Virus record (IMG/VR): IMGVR_UViG_3300008110_000120
Span: 1 to 54,888 of that record
DNA length: 54,888 bases
Source of the DNA: a virus
Lineage: Duplodnaviria; Caudoviricetes
Direction: 5' to 3' (one strand)
Part shown: positions 26,568-38,200 of the stretch, in pieces
How the letters are laid out: every line of letters begins with the position of its first letter
Numbering within the stretch: the first letter of the stretch is position 1
Position numbers and translations under genes: made by a program
Notes under the pieces: generated by a model
What the model was told of the DNA's origin: nothing
Databases searched by the model: none
The model's input: the letters and a program-made list of their open reading frames with translations, nothing else

Positions 26568-29500
26568 TTATGCAAGTGCAATGGCTCTCAACTCTTTAAA
26601 TTTGGGTATTTTGCATTCATTTGTACTTATCATTACAATTTTAATAGCAAAAGCATTAAATTGATCTAAATTGTCTACTTTATACTGATACTCTCTAAAT
26701 TCACCATTTCTACTTTCAACTACTTTAGAATCTGGAAGACCACTATTTTTGGTGTCATCAATAATCAAATCTCCAAGACCATCACCATCAGTATCTCTCA
26801 AATTATCATATCCTGGGAATAATTCAAAAGATGGATCCACATCATCAGTTCCGGATTTATAAATTTGATATAAAACTCTGAAATCACATTCTGATGGTCT
26901 TTCAGAAACAAAAGAAACTTGTAAAGAAGTTGCTGGTTGTGCCAAACTTACTTTTTTGGAAATATAAATTGAGGTATGGGGATCTCCACTCACTAGATTA
27001 ACTCTACCGTCAGATGGATAATTTGAAATAGGATTATTAATTCTATTTCTATTGTAAATTACAAATCCATTTTGAGTATCAACTACAGGAGAAAGATTTT
27101 CATCAGTAGATTTCAAAGTTAATTTCATAGTAAAAGATTTACTTTGTGGTAAAGATGATAATTTATCAGATTCATTGGACCTAGATGCCACCATTCTTGG
27201 AGTTGAGAAATAATTAATCTTATTCAATTCAACATCTTCATATCCCATATCCAAGAAGGACTCTTCATTTCCACCAGCACTGGTAGATGTTACAGTTCTT
27301 ACTTGTGCAGTAAGAGATGTATTTTGACCAGGTGTTATTGAAGAAAATTGAGGAACTATAGCACTATATTGTATGTTTTGGGTGACAGAAACCTTACTTC
27401 CACCTAAAGAAGTTTCATTAGAAAAACTTAATTGTGCATTTCCCGCAGATCTTGGAGATCTATCAATTTCTACATGGTAAGTATCAAAATCTCTTAAAGA
27501 TTTCAAATAACTATTATTAGACATAGTTATATCAATGTCGTTAATTCTGTTAAGAGAAATACCATTAATCTCATACTTATAGACAGGAGTACCTATTGGA
27601 TGTATCTGAATTTGGGAATCTTGTATTCCTCTTTCCTTAATACTCAAAGAACCTGTAGAAATTGCATCATATTCTATAACCTCATTTCCAATTAATACAT
27701 AACCTCTAGAAGTTGATATTCCTTCAAAAATTCCAAATGTACTACTACTGATCACTGATATTGATGTATCTGTAAGTGAAAGATCTGCAGACAAGTAAGT
27801 TGGAACAGTATCTGGGAATATTCCAGATATTCTTAAAACATTAGTATCAGAATGCATACCATGATTAAACTGATTGATTTCAATAACATTTCCGGAATAT
27901 AAATCACTTATCAACGTTGATGAAGTTGTATAGGTATTTGCCATACCCACCCACGACGATCCATTATAATAATTAAGTGATGTAGTTGTATTGGGATAAA
28001 AATCTTCTCCCTGAACATTAGTTAGATAGAGAGTATCAATGCCATTGATCGCACTAACAGTTAAAGTTCCCTTCGATCCTCTGAATACATTTGAAGTTGT
28101 TATTCCTAACTGATCACCAACTACATACCCATTTCCATTTTCAGTAGATATTGTGGCGGAAGTGACTACACTAGAACTAACTACTATGTTTGCTGTAGCT
28201 CCAGTTCCTTCTCCAGTAATTGAATATAGGGGAACATTACTGTATGATCCATCAGAATATCCAATGCCAGGATTGGTTATAGTAAGAGATGAAATTTCAG
28301 ATCCAATATTTTCAATATATCCATATGGAATAGATCCGCCAGCGCCAACTTGCTTTCCAATTGTCAGTATACCGCCAAGACCAGTTGAAGTTGTAACTCC
28401 AACTCTTAATTTTCTTGGATATGTGATAATTGCATTATCAACTAATTTTGGAATGTTACTATCCGATGTAGTTAAGTCTGGATTGTAATATACAAGTTCT
28501 CCGGAAGATGATGTGAATTTCGCCTTATATAAAGTAAATTTCAGATCTTCATATTGACTTGCAGTCCATATTGTACCGTTTTGAGATTTAAATAAACTTC
28601 CCCCAATATATTGCGAAGTAACTAAAACAGCTTCAGCATCTGGAAGATTTTGCGTTTCAATTGTAGTCTCACCAGTTCTGGAAATCCAAACCTCATTATT
28701 ATCTGAAGTTGGAGATAATAAAACTACGGCGTATTCAGTATCTGGTTGTAAATAAACTGGCGACGAGAATTTAACATTTGTAGCAAGAGAAGCATCTTTT
28801 GATGTATTAATTTGATTTGGGAATATAACGGTTGATGCATAGTCTTGAACAACTTGACTAGTTGGAGTACCCAATTCAACCGTTCTAATTTCCACATATA
28901 CTGGTTCAATAGGATCCTTATTTGAAAAATAGAGGTCAACTGAAGTTAAGAATGCTCCAGTTTCATCAACAGTAAATGATTGTGCTAAGGGATCCTTCCC
29001 TCCTCTCTTACCGCCGTTATTGGGCACAGGCTCGGGCGCAGGCGGCGGCGGTGGGGGTGGTGGGGGTGGAGGTGGATTTCTAACTTGAACTATGGTTGTA
29101 ACCGTTGTAGCAATGACTCCTGATGTTGAATAAATTCCAGAAGCTTCACTAGATAAAAGAGTGCTGCCTGGTATTTGCTCTTGATTAGAAGAATTTGCAT
29201 TTAATTTAAAAGTACTTTCTCCGGTGGGAACTTTTAGAATTGGATTTCCGATATTAGGATCTCTAATCCAAAAACATCCTATAAGTTGTCCAACAGAGTC
29301 TGTAATTAACCTAATATTTGTGATTCTAGCTACAGCACCACTATTTCTGCCATATAATTTCTGATCAGTAGTTATATACCCATAATATCTACCCAATGAC
29401 TCATCGGATAATGCCCTAGTATCCAGATTTAAAACTGTAGATGTTCCAGAATAGGCTGTTGGTAGAGTCTGTGCTATATTATATGGATTTAGATCGTAAG

Positions 29501-32500
29501 TATACTCTGGATTATTATATGCTCCATACTTGTGGTTGGGTTGAGCAACTCTACACTTAAAGTCTCCAGATTCATTAATAACATCTTCTCCAACTTCGAA
29601 GAATCCCGAAATCATTTCTATTTCAACTAATTTGGGAATAATATCAATCGCAGAAGAATCATTTAAAAATGGATAATGTTGGGTTACTGCTCTTAAAGCA
29701 CCAACCATAAATTCAACGTTTCTTGCCCTTGTATAAGGATCATTGGTATTGGTAGTAACTACAGTCCCAACATAATCATAACTTGCACCATCATTTCCGG
29801 TAGTAGTAGTCTCATATTGTGTTATTGGAATATTTCTTATCCATGAGTCCGATTGTGGATTTAATCCAATTGAACCAACATAAGAAATAACATTGAATGG
29901 ATTTATATTTTCAACTCTAGATGCAAATGGTTGCTTAATCCATTCAACTTCCTCATAGTTTAACGTGATTAGATCTCCAGTCTTTCTAATATTTGAATCT
30001 AACAAAGTTAAATTTGAAGAATAATCTGCAGATTCTGGATTAATATCTGGGCTAAGTGCAAGTATTGGTTTTAAAGACCAATTGTATTGAATTGGTTGTA
30101 ATACTTGCTCATCTGGATCAACAGAGCATTGCGTATCAGCATTCTCTAAATCAAGTAAAGATACTCCTTGGAAATCATCTACAAAAAATCCTGACTTAAA
30201 TCTACTTAAACCATCACTGTCTTGAATTTGCAATGCTTTTGTATCTACTTCAAGTAAAGTTAAAGATGTTAAAGACTCTAAATTAGAAACTCTATCCTCT
30301 ATCTTCCCAATATCTCTCATGGTATATCTTCTATTATCAATTATTGATATTGGAGTATTTTCAATTTCACTATCATACAAGTATGCTGGGAAATTGATAA
30401 TTGCAATATCCATCACCTCTTCATTGTTCAAAGGTTCCTTAGGATTTAATGAAGAAACACCTTTGATTAATGATAATTGACCCTGCTTATTTAATACCAA
30501 TTTATCAGTTCTTGGTAAGTAATAACTATAACTAATTCTAGAAGATTCTCCTGGAGATACTACTAAATTTGGGGTTGATAAAAATTGTCTACCATCATAG
30601 TAGAATGGTGATAAACTAGTATTGGTAAATTTTATAAGTCTTGGTCTAAAATCAAGTACGTCAGTAGCTCTAACTTTATTTCCTGTTGTATCGTAAGTAT
30701 AATCTAAAAGTGGAACATCATTATTATACCTTTCAAGTGGATATGAATTTACCGTATAAAGATCTCCAGTATCATTTGCTGGAAGATCATACCAATCGAA
30801 AATAATCAATAATTTTCGTGAAGGTGCGGTTGTATTATCAGTTCTTACAATTCTCGAATAATCATAAAATTGTGTTCTTTGCCCCTTATCTAAGAAGTAA
30901 GAAGAAGTTATATTTAAATAATTTCCATTTGTAATGGAAATAATATTTGTTGTTATTTTAGATTCGGAAAAAACAACTGTTTCTCCAGTAACAAACGTAT
31001 TGGAATTTAAATATACAAACTCAATTTCATTGGAAGTTCTGTTAACAACTTGTGCAACAGCACCAGATGTTTGACCAATTATCTGTTCTCCAACATAACT
31101 ATTCGTATTTAATGATAATCCGGAAACAAAAGTTAATTTGTCCAGAACTGGCGTGGAAGAATCTAGAGATTCATACACAGCAATTATTTTCACAGCATCG
31201 GGCACGTTGAGAGATATTTCTTTGTCTTCGATTCTCCAACCATAGTATTTGTTATATACCAACCCACTTGTCGATGTTGAAACTCCAGAATTAGTTTTAT
31301 CAACAATTAATTTTTCACTTCTAGTATAAATTTTCGTCTTGCTTCTGACGAAGCTTTTATTTACAGATACATTAACAGTAACATTACTTTGACTTGGGGT
31401 TAAACCACTAAATGTAACTAGTGTACCATCTTGATTTACGTTAACTTGATCTGATGTAAGACTTTCAACAGTACCACTTGAATAGATGACTGAATATTTT
31501 TCTTGATCAAATGGAGCAAAATAAGCACTTGTAATTCCACTCAAACTCGAATTTGAAATGGAAAGTGCTCCAGATCCATCAGTTGATTTTTGCCTAATTT
31601 GTAATGAGCATGACAGTGAAGAGTTTGAAAGATCTACATTTGATATATTTGGATATGCTAAAGGAGAATATAAAGATGCCTTTTCTTGATTTTTTAATTG
31701 TGGTTTTAATATTTTGAATTGAGTTGTTATAGTCGATCCTGGGAGAGTTGAGGCACAAATTCCAGAAACAGTCGGAACGTCATTTGTAACCACCATGGAT
31801 AAACCATCGGAAGCAACTGAGACAACTCTATTAAAAATTAAATCCGAAGATCCCGTATTTTGATATGAAATAATAGCATCACTTCTAATTCCAACAAAAG
31901 ATCTTCCCGAACATGTTACGGTTCCACCACTAGTAATTGAAATTTGATCAGATGAGCTAAATCCTTTCACAATTTCTTCATATAATACAGTATCAGCAAC
32001 AAAGTCGATTGGTATTTGACCGCCGCTTATTGATGTAACATCTTGCCAAACTGATTTAACATCTTCAGATGTGTATTTTTTAATACTCTGTATTGATCTA
32101 CTAATTTCAGTAGTTCCATTAATTCTTATTTGCTCACCGTCAATAAATGATCCGGAAATTTGAGACAGTATGATTGATGTACTATTAGCAGCATCTTGAG
32201 TAGTGTAACCAGATGCTCCGCTACTTACACCTTCAATAAATGAAGATTCTGGGCATTCTGCAGTACTTAATGCCTGATTAACTGTAAGAGTCGTAAATAA
32301 TTGAACATCGAATAAGTATAAGTCCCACTCACTAGTAGCGTTAGTATAAGCTGCATCCGTTAATCCATAAGAATAAACTCTTGCAACTCCTATTTGAGTT
32401 CCTGTGCCAGCACTAGTTGAGTTTCTTCTTCTATTGTACAGATTTATAATATTTGTACTTAAACTAACATCAACTACAGGTGTTCCATAAACACGATTTA

Positions 32501-33695
32501 CTCTCAATAAATTTCCCATTTCAAATGGAACAAATGCTGTTGGTTCCGTAAATGTATCTCTGGGTTTTTCAACATCTAATATTGTATTACCTGGCAATGT
32601 AACATCATATCCATAAACATATGCTATACCAGGACTAACATTAATACATGCTAAATTATCTGAAGGGGTACTTCCTTGACTGGTTTTTTGTGATGATAAA
32701 TAAATTCCATTATTTGAAATTCTATCACTTAATGAATTTTGAACATTAATCTTAAATTTACTTAAGGTATAATTTCCAGATTCTTCGTAGGTTCTTTTTG
32801 CAAAATAATCTTTAATAATTGAATACTGAGTTTCATTCTGAAGTTTCTTTACCTCACCTGCTTCAACTCTCAATAATTCAATAAAGTTTTTATCATCAAA
32901 ATCATCGATTGGCTTTTTGGATAATAATGCTGAAATTTTTAATCTGTCTGCTCCCGGAGCAGAATAATTTGAAAATCCAGTTGCATTATCCGATAAACTT
33001 TGATCTTCGTTAGAATTAACTACATCTTCAAAAATAGTCAGTCCAACTCTATATGAAGTTTGGTTTGAATATGGACTTAGAATAATTTTAGAGGTTGGAA
33101 CTCTTACAAAAACACCTCTAATGTAGAAAATTCCTTCAGTCATACTGACAATGGATCCTACACCAGATCCATCAAAATCAACAACTGTTGCAACAGTGTT
33201 ATTTTCGTTTATTGTAGTGTTTCCATACACTATAGACTCAGAAATTTTTAAACTTTCCCCATTTTGAAATATTTCACTTTCAAAAGATTCTCCTGAGGAA
33301 GTGTATTTGACGTATAAAGTTATATCATTAACATCTTCATCTGGTGGAATACTATAATTTTGAATAGTTGCAACAACTCCTGATATTTCACCAGTTATTT
33401 TCTTTCCAACTAATTCGGAAATATACACCAAAACATCTATTCCCAAATGCTCTGGATTTATCTTTATAGAATAATAAAGAGGATCATATACAATTGATCC
33501 TGGAATAACTACAGATCCATCTTTAAAAAAATGATTACCTATCGATTCTACTTGATTTTGTAGAATTGACTGTAAAGTTGTTAGTTCTCTCGCCTGAACT
33601 GGAAATCCAGGTTTAAATAAAACTCTGTAAAAATTTTTGTTTGCGTCAAAATCATCAAAATATGGACTTACATTTAAATTAGTTTTCTGAGGCAT
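26568..33695 (-). CDS. Large baseplate/tail structural protein (VrlC-like, DUF4815-type)
   Basis: 2375 aa; NLNVSPYFDDFD..FYRVLFKPG.PVQARELT, APGADRLK, RRYTMRDIGK, GFFVDDF, DPLAQSF. Confidence 0.88.
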   Translation of the reverse strand: MPQKTNLNVSPYFDDFDANKNFYRVLFKPGFPVQARELTTLQSILQNQVESIGNHFFKDGSVVIPGSIVYDPLYYSIKINPEHLGIDVLVYISELVGKKITGEISGVVATIQNYSIPPDEDVNDITLYVKYTSSGESFESEIFQNGESLKISESIVYGNTTINENNTVATVVDFDGSGVGSIVSMTEGIFYIRGVFVRVPTSKIILSPYSNQTSYRVGLTIFEDVVNSNEDQSLSDNATGFSNYSAPGADRLKISALLSKKPIDDFDDKNFIELLRVEAGEVKKLQNETQYSIIKDYFAKRTYEESGNYTLSKFKINVQNSLSDRISNNGIYLSSQKTSQGSTPSDNLACINVSPGIAYVYGYDVTLPGNTILDVEKPRDTFTEPTAFVPFEMGNLLRVNRVYGTPVVDVSLSTNIINLYNRRRNSTSAGTGTQIGVARVYSYGLTDAAYTNATSEWDLYLFDVQLFTTLTVNQALSTAECPESSFIEGVSSGASGYTTQDAANSTSIILSQISGSFIDGEQIRINGTTEISRSIQSIKKYTSEDVKSVWQDVTSISGGQIPIDFVADTVLYEEIVKGFSSSDQISITSGGTVTCSGRSFVGIRSDAIISYQNTGSSDLIFNRVVSVASDGLSMVVTNDVPTVSGICASTLPGSTITTQFKILKPQLKNQEKASLYSPLAYPNISNVDLSNSSLSCSLQIRQKSTDGSGALSISNSSLSGITSAYFAPFDQEKYSVIYSSGTVESLTSDQVNVNQDGTLVTFSGLTPSQSNVTVNVSVNKSFVRSKTKIYTRSEKLIVDKTNSGVSTSTSGLVYNKYYGWRIEDKEISLNVPDAVKIIAVYESLDSSTPVLDKLTFVSGLSLNTNSYVGEQIIGQTSGAVAQVVNRTSNEIEFVYLNSNTFVTGETVVFSESKITTNIISITNGNYLNITSSYFLDKGQRTQFYDYSRIVRTDNTTAPSRKLLIIFDWYDLPANDTGDLYTVNSYPLERYNNDVPLLDYTYDTTGNKVRATDVLDFRPRLIKFTNTSLSPFYYDGRQFLSTPNLVVSPGESSRISYSYYLPRTDKLVLNKQGQLSLIKGVSSLNPKEPLNNEEVMDIAIINFPAYLYDSEIENTPISIIDNRRYTMRDIGKIEDRVSNLESLTSLTLLEVDTKALQIQDSDGLSRFKSGFFVDDFQGVSLLDLENADTQCSVDPDEQVLQPIQYNWSLKPILALSPDINPESADYSSNLTLLDSNIRKTGDLITLNYEEVEWIKQPFASRVENINPFNVISYVGSIGLNPQSDSWIRNIPITQYETTTTGNDGASYDYVGTVVTTNTNDPYTRARNVEFMVGALRAVTQHYPFLNDSSAIDIIPKLVEIEMISGFFEVGEDVINESGDFKCRVAQPNHKYGAYNNPEYTYDLNPYNIAQTLPTAYSGTSTVLNLDTRALSDESLGRYYGYITTDQKLYGRNSGAVARITNIRLITDSVGQLIGCFWIRDPNIGNPILKVPTGESTFKLNANSSNQEQIPGSTLLSSEASGIYSTSGVIATTVTTIVQVRNPPPPPPPPPPPPAPEPVPNNGGKRGGKDPLAQSFTVDETGAFLTSVDLYFSNKDPIEPVYVEIRTVELGTPTSQVVQDYASTVIFPNQINTSKDASLATNVKFSSPVYLQPDTEYAVVLLSPTSDNNEVWISRTGETTIETQNLPDAEAVLVTSQYIGGSLFKSQNGTIWTASQYEDLKFTLYKAKFTSSSGELVYYNPDLTTSDSNIPKLVDNAIITYPRKLRVGVTTSTGLGGILTIGKQVGAGGSIPYGYIENIGSEISSLTITNPGIGYSDGSYSNVPLYSITGEGTGATANIVVSSSVVTSATISTENGNGYVVGDQLGITTSNVFRGSKGTLTVSAINGIDTLYLTNVQGEDFYPNTTTSLNYYNGSSWVGMANTYTTSSTLISDLYSGNVIEINQFNHGMHSDTNVLRISGIFPDTVPTYLSADLSLTDTSISVISSSTFGIFEGISTSRGYVLIGNEVIEYDAISTGSLSIKERGIQDSQIQIHPIGTPVYKYEINGISLNRINDIDITMSNNSYLKSLRDFDTYHVEIDRSPRSAGNAQLSFSNETSLGGSKVSVTQNIQYSAIVPQFSSITPGQNTSLTAQVRTVTSTSAGGNEESFLDMGYEDVELNKINYFSTPRMVASRSNESDKLSSLPQSKSFTMKLTLKSTDENLSPVVDTQNGFVIYNRNRINNPISNYPSDGRVNLVSGDPHTSIYISKKVSLAQPATSLQVSFVSERPSECDFRVLYQIYKSGTDDVDPSFELFPGYDNLRDTDGDGLGDLIIDDTKNSGLPDSKVVESRNGEFREYQYKVDNLDQFNAFAIKIVMISTNECKIPKFKELRAIALA

Positions 33696-33698
33696 TTT

Positions 33699-35252
33699 TT
33701 AAAATTCCAAGATAATTTTAACGTCTTCTTTTTGTCTTAAATTTCGGGAAATTAATGCTCTATTATCCAAATAAATTATTTGTCCCGTCTTTTTATTTAT
33801 CTCCGGAGAAGCCAAACCGTTTGTAAAATTAACACCTAAATTTATTATTGAATTTCCAGTTGTATTTGTGCTAATACCACTAAATGATGTATCAATTGAT
33901 CCAGAAAATCCACCGGATGAACTTACACTATTGTTGGAAGATACAAAAGGTAAAACTTTGGATCTAGTTGAGATCCCAACATAATCAGTTTCGTCTAAAG
34001 TATTTGTATTAAAATACAATGAACGATCTTGATAATACTTTAATACTCCAGTTTCGCTGTCAAATGAACTAACATATCCATATGCAATTCCATCTGGTAC
34101 TTGCTGTTGAATAACAGACCCGACAGTTATTGATCCTGGACTTGGTGACAACTTTAGTTTTAGTGATGAAAGTGCTGAAAATTGATTTTCATTAAAAACA
34201 GTAGAAGAATTATAATATTGAGGATTTTTAATAACTCCAACTTGAGAAAATTTAGTGTCTGTTGGAAAATCTTTGGTCGAATCATCAAATCTGCCGTAGA
34301 GTAAAACTCTATCAGCCCCTAGTTCTGTATAGATATCATATCCATGCCCCTTTGAAGGTGGTATGATAGGAATTAATTTTGCATAAGTACTTGGATTTTG
34401 TGTGGTTGTTGATTTCAAATCTACAACACCATAAGTATATCCTGTTCCGCCAGTTGTTACAGTTGCATCAATAATAGTTCCATTAGAATCTAAACTAATT
34501 AATACCTTTCCTCCAGTACCATCTCCAATAATATCAACTTCTCCAAGATTACTATACCCAAACCCACCATTTTCAATATAAATCTTTTTAATTTGATTTT
34601 TATTAACTTCACTATTTCCATTACTTCTTATTGATTCAATTTGAGCATCTGTAGTTGTTTCCCAATCATTAGGAATAACAACATAATCGGTGGCATCGAA
34701 TTTAATAATATCGGATGGTGAGACTGTAAACAAATACTTCCAAAGATATCCATCTCCACTTTCTCCCGCTTTAGATGGATCTAAATCTGTAAAAGTAGGC
34801 TCATCTTGCGAGGCATTTCCTTTTATATTTGTCCCAGAAGATCCGTTGTCTATGCAGATATAAACTTTATAATCTGCATTTACAACATAGTAATTGCAGT
34901 CATAAAGTCTTGATGATGATGTAATTGGTGACAAATTGGTAAGGCTATAATCTTGGCGATACATCTCATATCTTGTGCCTTTAACCCAATCTATTTTTCT
35001 AACTAATCTGCGAACATTATTTGTTGTGATTTTTTTACCAAAAATCATCGTATCACTGGAATGGTTAAAATAACTAAAATTATCTGTTGGCGTTGGTGGA
35101 CTATCGTTCCAATTAGAAGTTCTTCCGTAACCAACTTGTGTTGGGTTAGACAATCCCAAAAATATATAATACGAATTATTAGTGTTTTGTATTGAATCTA
35201 CAAAATTACTCGCATTTAATATCCTAAAATTATCTGATACAATTGCAGACAT
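33699..35252 (-). CDS. g8: Baseplate wedge protein gp8
   Basis: YYVVN..YKVYICIDNG, DGYLWKYLF, GHGYDIYTELG, QKEDVKIILEF. Confidence 0.92.
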   Translation of the reverse strand: MSAIVSDNFRILNASNFVDSIQNTNNSYYIFLGLSNPTQVGYGRTSNWNDSPPTPTDNFSYFNHSSDTMIFGKKITTNNVRRLVRKIDWVKGTRYEMYRQDYSLTNLSPITSSSRLYDCNYYVVNADYKVYICIDNGSSGTNIKGNASQDEPTFTDLDPSKAGESGDGYLWKYLFTVSPSDIIKFDATDYVVIPNDWETTTDAQIESIRSNGNSEVNKNQIKKIYIENGGFGYSNLGEVDIIGDGTGGKVLISLDSNGTIIDATVTTGGTGYTYGVVDLKSTTTQNPSTYAKLIPIIPPSKGHGYDIYTELGADRVLLYGRFDDSTKDFPTDTKFSQVGVIKNPQYYNSSTVFNENQFSALSSLKLKLSPSPGSITVGSVIQQQVPDGIAYGYVSSFDSETGVLKYYQDRSLYFNTNTLDETDYVGISTRSKVLPFVSSNNSVSSSGGFSGSIDTSFSGISTNTTGNSIINLGVNFTNGLASPEINKKTGQIIYLDNRALISRNLRQKEDVKIILEF

Positions 35253-35271
35253 ATACTAATATGTTTTTTTA

Positions 35272-35279
35272 TATTTATA
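35272..35279 (-). promoter_or_regulatory. Late promoter TATAAATA (g8)
   Basis: Exact consensus. Confidence 0.75.
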
Positions 35280-35284
35280 TTAAA

Positions 35285-38200
35285 TCATCCAGTAAGATTA
35301 TCATCTACAGATCCACTGTTATTAAATCCATACCCTCTTCTCTGAATTGTTGGGAAGGTAGATAATCCAACATCAACAGTATACCCACTTATTCCAATAG
35401 ATATAGGATTTTTTCTGACCATAGATGATAGTCTACCCCAAGAAAATTTTCCTAAATTAGATCCAATACTATTAATACCGGCAAGATTTGAAGTTGACTT
35501 AACATTTACTACTATTTCCGCATTAATTCCACTTGCAGAAATTGATGCAACCGTATAAATGTTATTTAAAAATGACGTTCCAATTCCAACAACATCAGAA
35601 TCATTTACATATATTGAAGTTAATCCTGCACCTACTGCTGTATCAAAAATAAGCACAGGATATCCAACATTTAATGTAGCAAAATTAGATACATTTATTA
35701 ACGAATATCCAGATATTTTTAAATTAAATTTAATCCCTAATGGATTTGATCCAGTTCCAGTTGTTGCCGCTATTCCGGTGATTATTCCAGAAAATCCTTG
35801 AACTGAAGCGATGTCAAAAACATTTTCAAAAGAAAATTCTGGGAATGGTGCTATTATTTTTGGTCTATTTGATATGCTATATCCTAATCCAGGATTGGAT
35901 ATAACAATAGGTGTTGAAAGTGATCCATTAACAACCGTTGCAAACGCTTGTGCAGTAGATCCAATACCAGTGTATGTATTTTGTGGAGAAGCTATCTTTA
36001 ACTCCGCCGTCAATCCAGTGTACCCACTTCCACCATTCAAAATCGCAATAGATTGAATTGTTCCGGCAGACGAAACAACGCAAGTTGCGGAAGCTGCAAC
36101 TAAAGACACCTGAGGTATGATCATTGCATTGAAGTCAATTATTTGCACACTAGATCCTGGATCATCTTCTTCATAATTAAAGAATCTGGCATCATCAACA
36201 AAAATTTGATTATCTGCCGCAGATACACTCTTGATTATTTTTGCAGTTGGGTATATTAAAGACTCTAAAGAATTTCTAGATTTATAGAAATATTCTCCAT
36301 TAAAAATTTTATCAGACTTTTGTTTTGTCCAACTTAATGGTTTGTACTTATTAACATCGGTTTCTATTCCCTTCCCAAAATATAAATTTGTTTCAATTTC
36401 GTCAGAAGTTTGAATGCCAACAACAGTTCTTGAATCTTGAGTTAATGATCCCAGTACATAGTTATTTTTAAACATTCGTACAGTGTCACCAGGTTTTATT
36501 GTTTCGACAACGTCCACAATAACTGTATCAATATCTCTAGTTCCTCTGTAAAAGAAGATAGAAATATTATTTTCTGCCTTTGGAGCTTCTGTAAATGCAA
36601 AAGATGATCCACCAGTAAATTGATAAGAGGTTCCTGGATCTTGAATAACGCCGTCTATAAAGATAATTAAAACTGAATTTAAATTAAGAATGGGATCATC
36701 GGTTTCAAAAGTAAGTAGTTCACCTTTATACTTTAAAGGAAATCTTTTTCTAGATCCATTTTGCAATGATTTAATTGAATCCATATAATCTAACTCACCA
36801 AACTGCCAGGAAGAAAATGAATCAGTAAAGATATCAGTTGCAGTTAAAGTAAAATCAAATACTGGAGAAGCAAGTCCTTTTGCAGTAACTAGACCCACAG
36901 GTTTAAATACATCTCCCAGTTTAAATCCATAACCAGGTCTAGTAATTTTAAATGAAGATACTTGGAAAAGTGTTGATCCTATCCCAACATTTTCTGAAGG
37001 GGATACCTCAAGATTCATTAATAAACCAACTCCAGTTTCTGTTGTAAGACCAACTCCTATTCTAGAAACTCCAACCACAGAAAGATTCTCATATGTTGGT
37101 TCGGGAATGATTATAGATGGATTTGCAGAATATCCAGTTCCTCCAGATACAACAGTAAATCCTGTAATTGTTCCACCCGATCCAATATTAGCCCGTATAA
37201 CTGCAATATTTCCAGTATGACCAGATTGAGTTACTCCTATCGAAACCTGACCATAATAACCCGAACCGAGATAATCAGAACTGCCTATGGATACTCCAGT
37301 AATTGATCCACTACTAATTGAAACTCTATTAGACCACGAGGTTAGGGAGGCACCGACAAGAGGTGCAAATCCCAACCCTGGAGTTGATCCCAATGAAACA
37401 ATAAGACCATTACGAGGAAGTTGATTTTGATTAACATCATAGTCTGAAATTATGATCTCACTATTTGTTGAGGTTATTCCAGTAAAAACAACTTTAGTTT
37501 CTGATCCAACTTCGGTAAAGAAATAATTATTTCCTGCATTATTTTCAGTTGTTGGAGTTTGGAATATATCATTGATGAATAATAAACTATTTCCAGTTTC
37601 AATGCCGGTTGTATTAATCCCCTGGACAGTCAATGTCATTGTTTGACCAATTCCAGTAAACTGGGATGAAATATCATCATATAGTGTGTTTGTTACATAA
37701 TCCTGTCTCAAAAAGACCCGACCATTAAATTTTGATTTAATTATTGGTAAATTTGATGGAGTTTCATCTAAACTATTTTGACCCTTAGGTGGAGATATGA
37801 AATGTAGTCTACTTTTAACAATATCATATGCTCCAGTATAGACTCTAACCTCTGAAGAATCATTATGAACTGTTGCTGCACTACCCAAAACTGCTCTAGA
37901 AACATAAACAAGATTATATGTTCCAATTCCAGTTATTTCTGAGGATGTGGATGTTCCAATACCAACTCCAATAACTTCAACATATTCATCATCTATTTTT
38001 AAAATAGATTTTGGAAATATCGTGCTAATACCAGTTAAAGAGAAAGTTGTTGCAGATCCAGTTATTTGTCCACCATTGTAAATAAGATTATGTGAAACTG
38101 GAGACCATTTAATAGGACTCTGGACCACTCCATCTAAAGATATAACTGTTTTTGATAACTTTTTAGTCATATCTAATTGATGAGCATTTCCAGATGCAGT

